Shown: positions 33,149 through 44,150 of the stretch, one piece after another
How positions within the stretch are numbered: the first letter of the stretch is position 1
Layout: each line of letters starts with the position of its first letter
Assembly: GCA_963842945.1 (NCBI GenBank)
Contig: CAWJIM010000016.1
Coordinates: 96,001-160,000 of the forward strand
Direction: 5' to 3'
Origin: an uncultured Gemmatimonadales bacterium
Lineage (GTDB): Bacteria > Gemmatimonadota > Gemmatimonadetes > Gemmatimonadales > GWC2-71-9
DNA length: 64,000 nt
Made by a program: the position numbers and the translations under genes
Notes under the pieces: generated by a model
The model's database searches: none
What the model was told of the DNA's origin: nothing
What the model saw: only the letters and a program-made list of their open reading frames with translations

Positions 33149-34102
33149 CAGCCGCTCTGATCCTCCGCGTAAGCCTTGATGATCTCGCGCACGAGCCGGT
33201 GTCGCACCACGTCGGTCTCGTGCAGGTAACAAAACGCGATCCCCTCGATGCCGGGGAGCACCCGCTCCACCTGGATCAGCCCGGAGTCCTCCCGCTGCGG
33301 CAGATCGATCTGGGTCTTGTCGCCGGTGACGACGGTCTTGCTATTCACGCCTAATCGGGTGAGGAACATCTTCATCTGGGCGCCGGTGGCGTTCTGCGCC
33401 TCGTCGAGGATGATGAACGCGTCGGCCAGAGTACGCCCACGCATGTAGGCCAGCGGAGCGATCTCGATCGTACGGGTCTCCAGCGCCCGCTGCACCCGAT
33501 CGTGCGGCATCATGTCTTCGAGGGCGTCATACAGCGGACGCAGATAAGGATCCACTTTGGCCTGCAGGTCGCCCTGGCAGGAAACCGAGCGACTCGCCGG
33601 CCTCCACCGCGGGGCGAGCGAGGATGATTCGCTTGACCCGCTTCCGGGCCAGTGCTTCGACCGCCTTGGCCACCGCGAGATATGTCTTGCCGGTGCCGGC
33701 GGGCCCGATCCCGACTACGATGTCGTGGTTGCTGATGGCCTGGAGGTAGTCGCGCTGGCCCTGGGTCTTGGGCACGATAGCGCGGCGCAGCCCAGGAAGG
33801 ACGATCTTCCCGTCGGCCGTCTGGGCGGGGAGCTCGCCGGAGGTGCCCTCGGCGGCCAGGCGGGACACGTCGTCCGGGGTGACCGGCTCACCCATCCGGG
33901 CCAGGTCGAGCAACCCCTGGATGACAGGTCCCGCGCGCTCCACCTGGTCCGGCGTGCCCGACAAGGTCACTGCGTCACCCCGAAGGGAGACTCGCACGCC
34001 TAGGGCGCGCTGGAGCTCGAGCAGGTTGCTGTCATTGACGCCGGCGAACAGGAGGGGATCGGCCCCCTCGGCGGACATTCTGGTCTGGATGTCGTCAGCC
34101 AT
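33148..34102 (-). CDS. phoH: PhoH-like ATPase (YbeZ), frameshift ~33575
   Basis: [62 protein letters not shown]. Confidence 0.93.
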
Positions 34103-34109
34103 ATTTCCA

Positions 34110-34172
34110 AGGTAAGCGGTAAGCGGGGAGCCGTAAGCGGTAGCCGCTCACTGCTCACCCTCACCGCTCACG
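34110..34172. repeat. heptamer tandem arrays in inverted arrangement (GGTAAGC-type then CGCTCAC-type)
   Basis: ggtaagc ggtaagc ggggagc cgtaagc ggtagc | cgctcac tgctcac cctcac cgctcac. Confidence 0.75.
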
Positions 34173-35935
34173 CTTCGCCTCCAGGTGTAGGGCCTTCAGG
34201 TCCGCGGCATCAACCGGGCTCGGGGCTCCTTCGAACAGAGCTCGTTGCGCCGTCGTTTTGGGAAACGCAATGACATCGCGCAGCGATTCGGCCTGCGCCA
34301 GGAGCATGACGATCCGATCAAGACCAAAAGCAAACCCGCCGTGGGGGGGAGCCCCTGCCCTGAGTCCCTCCAGCAGAAATCCGAACCGCTGCTCCGCCTG
34401 TTGCTCGGGAATGCCGAGCAGGGAAAAGACCCGCCGCTGGAGAGAAGGATCGGCGATTCTGAGACTGCCCCCACCCAGCTCGGTGCCATTCAATACCATG
34501 TCGTAGGCCAGCGCGCGCACCCGTTCCGGGGCTGACTCGAGCAGCGGCAGATCGTCCGGATCCGGAGCGGTGAATGGATGGTTCACCGAATTCAACGCTC
34601 CGGTTTTCGGATCGCGCTCGAACAGCGGGAAGTCGATGATCCAGACGAATCGGTTCTGGCCCTCATCGATGAGGTTGAGCCTGGTGGCCACTTCGCTCCT
34701 CACCCGGTCCAGCGCCGGGCTGGAGACGTGGTCCGGCCCGGCCACCAGGAGCGCCAGGTCTCCATCGTGAAGCCCGAGACGACCGGACGCCTCGGTGGGG
34801 AGAAACTTGGCGGCAGGCCCCTCGAGGGCCCCCCCGGTAGCCTTGAGCCGCAATAGCCCCGCTGCTCCCGAGCGCCTTGGCAGCGGCTTCGACCTCGTCG
34901 AGCTGCTTACGACTGAGGGACGCCCCACCACTGACCCGGATTCCCCGCACCCGCCCGCCGGCTTCGATCGCTTTGCGGGTGACGGTAAAGTCGGACCCAC
35001 GGAAGGCCGTCCGTAGCATCGAAAATCTCCAGACCGTAGCGCAGATCCGGTTTATCGGTGCCGTATTTCTCCATCGCATCGGCGTGGCGGAGGCGTGGGA
35101 TGGGCAGCGACAGCTGGTGCCCCCCCTCGGACCAGAGCGTCTGCACCAGACCTTCACCGAACGCCAGCACGTCTTCCAGGCCGATGAAAGACGCCTCGAT
35201 GTCGATCTGGGTGAACTCAGGCTGACGGTCTGCCCGTAGATCCTCGTCCCGAAAGCAGCGGGCGATCTGAAAGTATCGGTCGAGTCCGGCCATCATCAGG
35301 AGCTGTTTGTATAGCTGAGGAGACTGGGGCAGCGCGAAGAACTCACCGGGGTGCACCCGGCTGGGCACCAGATAGTCGCGGGCACCTTCCGGCGTCGGCT
35401 TGGTGAGGATGGGTGTCTCGATCTCGAGAAACCCGTGCTGGTCGAAATACCGGCGGGTGGCCTGCATCAACCGATGGCGCAGGATCAGGTTCTGATGCAG
35501 CTCGGGACGGCGGAGATCGAGAACCCGGTGGCGGAGCCGGAGCTCCTCGGCGGGGAGCTCCTCCTTCTCCTTGCGAGCCACCGGAATGATGGGGGTCTGG
35601 GCTGGCCCGACGATCTCGAGTGCCGTGGCATGGACCTCGACCTCGCGGGAGCCGAGACGCTGGTCGCGCGACGGCTCGGGCCGCAGCGCCACAGTGCCGG
35701 TCACCAGCACCACCGTTTCCGCGCCCAGGCCGGCGGCGCGCTCTATCACCTCGGGCGACGTCCACTCCGGATTGAAGGAGAGCTGCACCAGCCCGGCCCG
35801 GTCGCGGAGATCGACGAACACGAGTCCGCCCAGATCACGCCGGCGGTGCACCCACCCGCCTAGGCGGACCTGCTGGCCCAGCTGCTCTCGGGTGAGCGCA
35901 CCGCCCCGATGGGTCCTGAGTGCGGTAGCCCCCAT
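34161..35935 (-). CDS. aspS: aspartate--tRNA ligase (frameshifts ~35010 and ~34870)
   Basis: GWVHRRRDLGGLVFVDLRD, TPEGARDYLVPSR, QIARCFRDEDLRADRQPEFTQ, GTELGGGSLRI, PPHGGFAFGLDR. Confidence 0.96.
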
Positions 35936-36393
35936 CAGACGCGGGTTTCCGCCTCGGCGACGACGGCGCAAAACTCCTGAGCCGTGGCGGAGGCGCATAA
36001 CTGCTGGCGGAGGTCCTCTCGCCGCACGAGCCGGGCTATCCGACTCAGGACTTTCACGTGCTGACCGGCGGAAGACTCAGGGCCCACGATGAGGAAGAAG
36101 AGGCGGACGGGCTCTCCATCGATTGAGTCATAGGGAACCGGCAGTGCGCTTACCCCGCACACGACTGTGAGCTCCCGAACCGCGGCCGAGCGGGCGTGCG
36201 GAATGGCTACTCCGAAGCCAATTCCGGTGCTCTGAACGGCTTCACGCTCCTCGACGGCTCCGAGTACTTCGGCGAAGGCTCCGCCGGAATGATCGGTCAG
36301 GTGGTGAATGAGCTCGGCGATGACACCAGCCTTGTCGCGGGCGGCCAGGGGGATCACTATCCGCTCTGGCGTAAGAAACTCAGTCAGGAGCAC
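35935..36393 (-). CDS. PTS IIA domain protein (PtsN/fructose-type)
   Basis: EREAVQSTGIGFGVAIPHAR, YDSIDGEPVRLFFL, HVKVLSRIARL. Confidence 0.9.
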   Translation of the reverse strand: MLLTEFLTPERIVIPLAARDKAGVIAELIHHLTDHSGGAFAEVLGAVEEREAVQSTGIGFGVAIPHARSAAVRELTVVCGVSALPVPYDSIDGEPVRLFFLIVGPESSAGQHVKVLSRIARLVRREDLRQQLCASATAQEFCAVVAEAETRV

Positions 36394-36536
36394 AGGCGAC
36401 CCTAGGCGGCATGCGGTCAAACCTAAACCGCGTGGTAAAGAGGGGCAATGCGTTATTGCTGTTGAGCTTAGACGTATAATCCGGAACCATGACAATCCGG
36501 CAACTCACGGCAGAGGCGCGCGATTAAGTTTCGCCG

Positions 36537-37615
36537 ATGGCAGCAGCTTCGCTCGATCGATCACGCCCTGATAGCCTGCTGGATCTCTCCCCAGCCACCA
36601 CCCGCACCACTCTGGCGCGTTGGGTCGGAGATCGCGGACTTCCGGCCTACCGGGCTCGCCAGATCCACCGACGTCTCTGGCAAGTGCCAATCACGTCGTG
36701 GGCGGAGCGACGGACCTGCCCGCGCAGCTCCGAGCCGAGCTGGATCGAGATTTTCCGTTGCCCAGGCTGACATCCGACACCATTCAGCAGTCCGCCGATG
36801 GAACTCGCAAATATCTCTGGCGCCTGACCGACGGCGAGGCCATCGAGTCGGTCCTGATCCCAACAGGCAGCCGTCGCACGCTCTGTATTTCTTCGCAGGC
36901 AGGCTGTGCCCTGGGCTGTACCTTCTGCGCCACCGGGCGCATGGGATTCCGGCGCAACCTCACTCCCTTCGAGATCGCCGGCCAGGTTCGGGAAATTGTG
37001 CTGGCCAATCCGGACGAGAAGCCAACCAATATTGTCTTCATGGGCATGGGCGAGCCGCTGCTGAACTGGCCCTCGGTGGACACTGCGCTCAGCATCTTCA
37101 ACAGTCCTGAGGGCTTCGAGATCGGAGCCCGGCACATCACCGTCTCCACTGTGGGGATCATTCCCGGAATGGTCGAATTCGCCAAGCGGCCGGAGCAGTT
37201 CCGTCTGGCGATCTCGCTCCATGCTCCGACATCGCAGCAGCGCCGGGGCATCATGCCGATCGAGAAGAAGTACGATCTCGAGGCGGTGCTCAAAGCAGCG
37301 GAAGTATTCCGCAAGCGGATCACTTTTGAGTACGTGATGATCGGAGGATTCAATGACACCGATCAGGATGCGGACGAGCTGGCCAGGCTGGCGCGTCGCA
37401 TGGGTGCGCTGGTGAACATCCTGCCACTGCACCCTGGCGGCGCGCCGGACCTGACGCCGACCACCGCGTCGCGAATTCGCATATTTGCCGATCGGCTGCG
37501 GAATCAGGGAATCGAGGCGGTGGTACGCCGAAGTCGTGGACTGGACATCAATGCGGCCTGCGGGCAGCTGAGAGTCGAGATCGAAAGGAAGAGGAGACGT
37601 GAGCTACAACCGTGA
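36537..37615 (+). CDS. rlmN: dual-specificity RNA methyltransferase RlmN (radical SAM), frameshift ~36700
   Basis: DGTRKYL, CISSQAGCALGCTFCATG, FMGMGEPL, ISLHAP, FEYVMI, SRGLDINAACGQL. Confidence 0.95.
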
Positions 37616-37678
37616 GCGGGACTAGGAAAGCGTGAGCGGTAAGCGGGCTCGCCCTCATTCCGCTTACCTCGCCTGAGC

Positions 37679-38103
37679 ATGCCGAGGACTAGCTTCTACT
37701 CATGCGATTTCGGCAAAGGAGGTGCACGCCGACCGCATTAGGGATAACTCCGGCATCGAGTGCAGATTCTCCTGGTAGCTCCTCCGTTTCGAGCTGCTGA
37801 TCCATAAGCGATTGCGAGATGTCTCATAATGTCGGCGTTTCTCAGTGTATCAACTCAGCGATATCGAGCTGGACAGAAGGATACTCATTTGGAGCTCGCC
37901 AACTTTCACAGAGCATCTCGGGATCGCGTATGGTTCCGCGGTCGAGGCCAGGTTGATCACTCCTAAGACTACCGCTCTAGCTTCTCCACGAATAAGGAGA
38001 GGTACTCCGGCCAGACGTAGTCCATCCTATTCTGAAACACGCTCAGCGCACTGAACGATTCTCTAGGTATGCTGAAACTGAGGAGGGGCATTTTACCATC
38101 TTA
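37679..38103 (+). pseudogene. degraded or badly polished four-helix-bundle protein gene
   Basis: Readable core SPTFTEHLGIAYGSAVE; upstream SVQLNIAEG-like text is disrupted by indels; lower GC; flanked by heptamer repeats. Confidence 0.5.
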
Positions 38104-38152
38104 GCCGCTCCAGCTCACGGTCCACCCGTTCACGTTTACCCTTCACCCCATC

Positions 38153-40921
38153 TCATCCCGTCGCCCCGAATCCCGCGGCAATCGTATTGATCGACAACAG
38201 CAGCGCGGACAGTTGTTCTTCCTGAGACTTGTCGCCGCCCGATTCCCGAAACCGCCGCAATAACTCGATCTGTTGCCGACTCACCTGGTTGATGGTGGGC
38301 AGCCGCCGCGCCAGTCGCCGCCGGAACCTGGGATAGCGCTCGACCAGCTCGCTTGCACCGCTGATCTTGAGCACCGCCTCGACCGTCCGCTGGTACTCCT
38401 CCTCAACCAGCGTCAGGATGGTGTTTCGCACCCCGGCATCGGGCACCAGCTCGGCATACTCCCGGGCGATCTCGAGATCCACATACGTCAGCGTCTTCTC
38501 CACTTCATCGACGACCAGCCGAAATAGCCGTGACTCGGTGAACATCCGATCCAGCAGCGCGGCCCCGCGTTGGCCGCGCACCTGGAGGAAGGTGAGAATA
38601 CCGCTTCCCACGCCGTACCAGCCGGGTACAAAGTGCCGGTTCTGCGACCAGGCAAACACCCAGGGGATGGCTCTGAGATCGCTCAGGGATCGGGCTCCGA
38701 ACCTCCGGGCCGGCCGGGAGCCCAGGTTGAGCATGGACAGCTCTTCCAGCGGACTGGCGGCCTGATAATAGGCCAGCAGATCCGGATGGTCGATCAGACC
38801 GCGATACGATGCCTGCGCCGCTCCCGAGAGCGCCTCCATGGCTTCGTCGAACTCCGCCGTGGGCGCCAGGGCCTTCTCGCGTTCCGACTTGACCGAGTGT
38901 TCCACCACACTCGCGGCCAACAGTTCGATCTGATATTGGGCTGTCCCCCGGTTGGCGTACTTGAAGGACACCACTTCGCCCTGTTCGGTGATCCGCATCC
39001 GCCCCTGGATCGAGCCGGCCGGTTGCGCCGCGATGGCCCGGCCGGTGGGCGCTCCCCCCCGGCTGACCGATCCCCCGCGCCCATGAAAGAAGGCAATGGG
39101 AATTCCGGCTTCCTGACCGAGGCGAGTGAGCTTGATCTGCGCCTTGCTCAGCTCCCAATTGGACGTGAGAAAGCCGCCGTCCTTGTTGGAGTCGGAGTAG
39201 CCGATCATCACTTCCTGCACCCCGCCTTGCGTCCGAACGCTCCGGCGAACCAGAGGCACGGAGAGCAGCTCGCGCATGATGGCGGGAGCCCGCTGAAGAT
39301 CCTCGATGGTCTCGAACAGCGGCACGATCGGAAGGGTGCAGCTCTCGGTTCCTGAGGTATCGGCAAAGAGGCCGGCGTGTTTCGCCAGAAGGTAGGCACC
39401 CAGCACGTCGCTCACACTTCGGGTCATACTGAGCACGAAGCTCCCAAAAGCCTCGCGGTCGATCTCCTCCCGAAGCTGCCGGACCAGTTGAAACATGCCC
39501 AGGGTCTCGGCCGACTCCGGCGGGAGTTCCGGTGCCTGCGCGTTCCGCGGCAGCGGACGGCCCAGCTCGGTCGTGATCCAGCGCCTCCACGCGTCAGAGT
39601 CTTCATCGGGAGGATCGCCTGCATTTGACTGGCGCCAAAGGTCGGCCAGGGCAGCGCGGAGCTTGGTCGTGTTCTCCCGCACGTCGAGACGCACGGTACT
39701 GAAGCGGAACGACTCGACTTCCCGCCGAACCGGCCGCACCAGTGTCGCGGCCAGCGAAACGCTCCCGGCCGAGCTGAGTGCGTCTTCGATTCGGCGCAGG
39801 TCACTGGCAAGAGCGTCGGCGGAGGAATAGCCTTGCGGACTGGTGACGATCTCGCCCCGCTCGGCGCCGGTCACCATCACATCCAGTCGCCCCAGCATGC
39901 AGGCGAGATACTGGCGGAACACTTCGCCCGGGTTGCGGGCCGCGATCTCGTCGCCCTCTCCGCTTGCCGCCAGCTCCTTCTCCAGCGCCGCCCGAAAGCT
40001 CTCGGGCACCGGCATGGCGCGCTCGGTGATGCTGAGCGCCCTGACCAGCTCTCCCAGACGGCGGCGGTAGCGGCGGAGTCCGGTGAGCCGATTCTCCAGC
40101 AGAGTACCCCGGGTCACCGCGTTGGTGACGAACGGATTGCCGTCGCGATCGCCACCGACCCAGGAGCCGAACTGAAAGAAGGGGGGCACCTGAAACGACT
40201 CTCCGGGATACGCCTGTGCCAGGGCCCGCTCCAGCTTTTCCAGCAGATCGGGCACGGACTCGAAGAGGGTCTCGTTGAAGAAGTGAAGCGCCCAGAACAC
40301 CTCCTGGGGCACCGTCGGCTTGACCAGGCGCAGCTCACCGGTGTTCCAGAGCAGCTCGATCTCGTTCTGTAATCCTGCTACCAGTGCCTGACGCTCGCGC
40401 GGGGTCCACCGGGGCGACTCCAGATCCACCAGGCGGCGATAGATGCGGCGGTGTTTTTCGAGAACGGTGACCCGTTTGGCTTCGGTGGGATGGGCGGTGA
40501 TCACGGGGCGAACCCTAAGGATCTCCAGCAGCTTCCGCAGCTCGTCGGCGGAGATCTTTGCGGCGGCCGCGCTGGAGATCACCTGGGCAAAGGTGCCCCG
40601 CACCTGGTCATACCCCCGGTCGACTTCCGTCTGCCGCCGCCGGCGCATGCCCGCATTCTGCTCGGCGATGCTCAGCAGCTGGAACCAGAGGCCCTGCACC
40701 TGAAGAGTTCGGGCCAGCAGATCGGGGCTGAGCTCGGAGGCGGGGCGTTCGCCGCGCAGTGCCGACTCCAACTCCGGTTGCCGCTCCCGTACCAGGCCGA
40801 GGAGCAAGCCGGAGAGAAGCTCGACAACCTCGTTGGCGTATGCGGCCGCGCTGGCGGCCGCCGGATCGGCCGACTCGGGAAGACCGACGGCGGAGAAGGG
40901 ATCGAGCAGGGTCTGGGTCAC
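38153..40921 (-). CDS. ppc: phosphoenolpyruvate carboxylase
   Basis: PVITAHPTEAKR, GSWVGGDRDGNP, PLFET, MIGYSDSNKDGG, FHGRGGSVSRGG, TEQGE, LRAIPWVFAW. Confidence 0.97.
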   Translation of the reverse strand: MTQTLLDPFSAVGLPESADPAAASAAAYANEVVELLSGLLLGLVRERQPELESALRGERPASELSPDLLARTLQVQGLWFQLLSIAEQNAGMRRRRQTEVDRGYDQVRGTFAQVISSAAAAKISADELRKLLEILRVRPVITAHPTEAKRVTVLEKHRRIYRRLVDLESPRWTPRERQALVAGLQNEIELLWNTGELRLVKPTVPQEVFWALHFFNETLFESVPDLLEKLERALAQAYPGESFQVPPFFQFGSWVGGDRDGNPFVTNAVTRGTLLENRLTGLRRYRRRLGELVRALSITERAMPVPESFRAALEKELAASGEGDEIAARNPGEVFRQYLACMLGRLDVMVTGAERGEIVTSPQGYSSADALASDLRRIEDALSSAGSVSLAATLVRPVRREVESFRFSTVRLDVRENTTKLRAALADLWRQSNAGDPPDEDSDAWRRWITTELGRPLPRNAQAPELPPESAETLGMFQLVRQLREEIDREAFGSFVLSMTRSVSDVLGAYLLAKHAGLFADTSGTESCTLPIVPLFETIEDLQRAPAIMRELLSVPLVRRSVRTQGGVQEVMIGYSDSNKDGGFLTSNWELSKAQIKLTRLGQEAGIPIAFFHGRGGSVSRGGAPTGRAIAAQPAGSIQGRMRITEQGEVVSFKYANRGTAQYQIELLAASVVEHSVKSEREKALAPTAEFDEAMEALSGAAQASYRGLIDHPDLLAYYQAASPLEELSMLNLGSRPARRFGARSLSDLRAIPWVFAWSQNRHFVPGWYGVGSGILTFLQVRGQRGAALLDRMFTESRLFRLVVDEVEKTLTYVDLEIAREYAELVPDAGVRNTILTLVEEEYQRTVEAVLKISGASELVERYPRFRRRLARRLPTINQVSRQQIELLRRFRESGGDKSQEEQLSALLLSINTIAAGFGATG

Positions 40922-41894
40922 ACGACGGGATCGCGCAGCGGCGCACCACCGAAAAATTGCCGCAGGTTTTCGACCGCTCGCTGACCCATGGCCACCCGAG
41001 TTTCGTGGGTCGCGCTACCCAGGTGGGGAAGCAGGACCACGTTCTCCATGGTGAGGAGCTCGGGCGCGATTTGCGGCTCGTGCTCATAGACGTCGAGGCC
41101 GGCCCCGGCAATCGTCCCGTCGGCAAGAGCATCTACCAAGGCGGCCTCGTCTACCACGTCACCCCGCGCGGTATTGATGAGAAAGGCGCTCCGCCGCATC
41201 CGGGCCAGGCGCTCCCGGTTCATGAGATGGCGCGTCTCCGGCGTGGCTGGGCAGTGGAGCGAAACGAAGTCCGACTCTTCCAGAACCTCTTCCGGGCTCT
41301 GCCGTGAGCTCCGCCCCGAGCGCGGCCGCTTCCGGCGCCGAGGGTGGGTATGGGTCGTGAAACAGGATCGTCATGCCGAACCCCATGTGGGCTCGACGGG
41401 CCACAGCGCGGGCGATGCGGCCCATGCCGATCAAGCCGAGAGTCTTCCCGCTGATTTGGGAACCGAGCATGTGGGTGGGACGCCATCCGGTCCAGGCTCC
41501 AGAACGCACGTGGCGCTCCCCTTCCCCAGCTCGGCGACCCACCATGAGCAGCAGGGTCATGGCGATATCGGCGGTGGCTTCGGTCAACACGTCGGGAGTG
41601 TTCGACACTGAGAGCCCGCGTGACTTGGCGGCATTGATGTCGATGTGATTGTAGCCGACGCCGAAGTTAGCCAGCATGCGGGCGCGCAGCGGCTCGGCAC
41701 TGAGGACCTCGGCGGTGAGCTTGTCCGTCACGGTGCAGAGAAGCGCGTCGGCGGTGCGCAACGCGTCCTGCAAGTCCGGCCGCTCCGAGTGGTCGATCGT
41801 CGCGGTTGAGTCTGGCGTCGAAGTCGCGGGTCAGCTCCTCCTCGACAACCAACGGCAGCCGGCGCGTCACCACCACCGTGGCGCGGCTGGTCAC
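40918..41894 (-). CDS. D-glycerate dehydrogenase/hydroxypyruvate reductase (GyaR-like 2-hydroxyacid dehydrogenase), two frameshifts
   Basis: [66 protein letters not shown]. Confidence 0.9.
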
Positions 41895-42805
41895 TTCACG
41901 GCGACCGTGGTGCGCTGGGATCGCCTGGCCAGCGCCGCGGCCACTGTGATGCCGAGCTCCGCCGGACTGGGTGCCACGGTGAGTCCTGCAGTGCGCATGA
42001 TCTCGGCCTTTTCCGCCGCGGTGTCGCCGAAAGCGGAGATGATGGCCCCTGCATGGCCCATGCGGCGGCCCTTGGGCGCGGTCAGACCGGCGACATACCC
42101 GATCACCGGCTTGCTCATGCTCTCCTTCACGAAGAGCGAGCCTTCCGCTTCCTGGGGGCCGCCGATCTCGCCAATCATCATCACGGCCTCGGTCTCGGGA
42201 TCTTCCTCGAACAGCTTGAGCATGTCGACAAAGGAGCTGCCGTTGATCGGATCGCCGCCGATGCCCACACTGGTGCTCTGACCGATGCCGAGCGCGTTCA
42301 TCTGCGCCGCGGCCTCGTAACCCAGGGTTCCGCTTCGGGTCACCAGCCCGACATGGCCGCGGGAATAGATGTGGCCCGGCATGATGCCCAGCATTGCCTT
42401 TCCGGCGCTGATGATGCCGGCACAGTTGGGCCCGATCAGCGTAGTGCGCCGCTCCTTGGGAAAGCGCAGCAGGTAGCGCTTCACCATCATCATGTCCTGC
42501 GCCGGTATGCCATCGGTGATGGTACAGATGAGGCGGATGCCGGCGTTGGCCGCTTCCATGATGGAGTCGGCACAGAACGCGGCGGGCACAAAGATGATGC
42601 TGGCGGTGGCGCCGGTGGCCCGCACGGCTTCTCGAACGGTGTTGAAGACGGGGCGTTCCAGGTGCCGGGTGCCGCCCTTTCCGGGCGTCACCCCGCCCAC
42701 GATCTTGGTGCCGTACGCCATCATCTCTTTGGCGTGGAACGTGGCCTTGTCGCCGGTGAAGCCCTGCACCAGCACCCGGGTAGTTTCATCGATGAGGATG
42801 CTCAT
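41891..42805 (-). CDS. mtkB: malate--CoA ligase (malate thiokinase) alpha subunit
   Basis: SucD-family motifs plus Mtk-type [11 protein letters not shown] and [15 protein letters not shown]; serine-cycle context. Confidence 0.88.
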   Translation of the reverse strand: MSILIDETTRVLVQGFTGDKATFHAKEMMAYGTKIVGGVTPGKGGTRHLERPVFNTVREAVRATGATASIIFVPAAFCADSIMEAANAGIRLICTITDGIPAQDMMMVKRYLLRFPKERRTTLIGPNCAGIISAGKAMLGIMPGHIYSRGHVGLVTRSGTLGYEAAAQMNALGIGQSTSVGIGGDPINGSSFVDMLKLFEEDPETEAVMMIGEIGGPQEAEGSLFVKESMSKPVIGYVAGLTAPKGRRMGHAGAIISAFGDTAAEKAEIMRTAGLTVAPSPAELGITVAAALARRSQRTTVAVK

Positions 42806-44031
42806 GACTGTCCATTTCCTCCGGCAAGACCGCTGGTGGCACGGCCGCGGGATGAAGCCTGAGACCGGGAGGCGTTGAAGGCTTGAACCACCCGCTCCGC
42901 CGCCTCGGAGAGACTATGCGCCGTGATGATTGGCAGACCACTGTCCTTCAAAATCCTCCGGCCTTCCTCGACGTTGGTGCCGGCCAGCCGAACGACGAGC
43001 GGTATGGTCAGTTGAGTTTCCCGAGCCGCTTGCACCACGCCTTGAGCGACCCAGTCGCAGCGGTTGATGCCGGCAAAGATGTTCACCAGGATGGCGCCGA
43101 TCTTCTCGTCTGACAGGACCAGACGAAAGGCCGCCGCCACCCGGTCAGGTGAAGCCCCCCCGCCCACATCGAGAAAGTTTGCCGGGTGTCCACCGGCGTG
43201 CTTGATCATGTCCATGGTGGCCATGGCCAGGCCGGCACCGTTGATGATGCAGCCGATGTCGCCCTCGAGCGCGACATAATTGAGCCCGTACTCGGCCGCC
43301 TGAGATTCCCGGGGATCCTCCTCGGCGTAGTCTCGCAGCTCGCTCACGTTGGGCCGGCGGAACATGGCGTTGTCGTCAAAGGTCATCTTGCAGTCGAGAG
43401 CCAGAACCTGGCCGTCCTTGGTCACCACCAGTGGATTGATCTCGACCATGGTAGCGTCGAGATCGCGGAACGCCCGGTACGCGCCCAGGAGGGTGGTGAC
43501 GGCGCGGCTCACCTGCGCAGGCGCGAGGCCGAGACCATACGCGATCTCCCGGGCCTGAAAGGCGCTCATCCCGATCGCCGGCTCCACAACTTCCCGGAGG
43601 ATCGAGTCGGGCGCGCTCTGCGCAATCTCCTCGATCTCCATGCCCCCTTGGGGGTGAGCCACGATCATGATGCGCTCGCTCTTGCGGTCGAGCACCAGGC
43701 CGAGATAGAGCTCCCGATCAATGGGCACGGCTGCCTCGATATAGAGCCGGTGCACCACTCTTCCCTCCGGTCCCGTCTGATGGGTAACCAGCCGCTTCCC
43801 CAGTAGGCCCTTTGCCGCCTGGCGCACCTCATCTTCATTGGAGCAGAGCTTGATGCCTCCGGCCTTGCCCCGGGCCCCGGAATGGATCTGCGCCTTGACT
43901 ACCCAGCGCGATCCTCCGATCTCCGAGGCGCGGTACACCGCCTGTTCCGGACTATACGCGACGCCACCTCGGGGAATGGCGACGCCGAAGCCGGCAAGGA
44001 GCTCTTTGGCCTGGTACTCGTGGATGTCCAT
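42802..44031 (-). CDS. mtkA: malate--CoA ligase (malate thiokinase) beta subunit
   Basis: [24 protein letters not shown] and Mtk-type [13 protein letters not shown] (SucC has FGGI.RCD). Confidence 0.9.
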   Translation of the reverse strand: MDIHEYQAKELLAGFGVAIPRGGVAYSPEQAVYRASEIGGSRWVVKAQIHSGARGKAGGIKLCSNEDEVRQAAKGLLGKRLVTHQTGPEGRVVHRLYIEAAVPIDRELYLGLVLDRKSERIMIVAHPQGGMEIEEIAQSAPDSILREVVEPAIGMSAFQAREIAYGLGLAPAQVSRAVTTLLGAYRAFRDLDATMVEINPLVVTKDGQVLALDCKMTFDDNAMFRRPNVSELRDYAEEDPRESQAAEYGLNYVALEGDIGCIINGAGLAMATMDMIKHAGGHPANFLDVGGGASPDRVAAAFRLVLSDEKIGAILVNIFAGINRCDWVAQGVVQAARETQLTIPLVVRLAGTNVEEGRRILKDSGLPIITAHSLSEAAERVVQAFNASRSQASSRGRATSGLAGGNGQS

Positions 44032-44046
44032 GGTTGCTTCGCAGCT

Positions 44047-44150
44047 AGGAGTCGTGAGTCAGGAGTCGAGAGTTACGTGAAGAGCAGAAGCGCCAGCCGG
44101 AACGTTAGGAGACGGGAACTCCCGACTCGCGGCCCCTGACTCCCGACTTG
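44047..44150. repeat. inverted heptamer arrays (GGAGTCG-type / GACTCCC-type) at the mcl-mtkA junction
   Basis: ggagtcg tgagtca ggagtcg agagtta .. aactccc gactcgc ggcccct gactccc gacttgc. Confidence 0.7.

Noticed and set aside
37679..38103. Diversity-generating retroelement (bAvd-like gene)
   Set aside because: No reverse transcriptase or template/variable repeat pair was seen in the window.
41891..44031. Annotation as TCA-cycle sucCD
   Set aside because: Mtk-type motifs and the position between mcl and hpr/ppc favour malate thiokinase.
17400..44150. Short repeat arrays as CRISPR
   Set aside because: Units are 7-9 bp with no unique spacers, and no cas genes are present.
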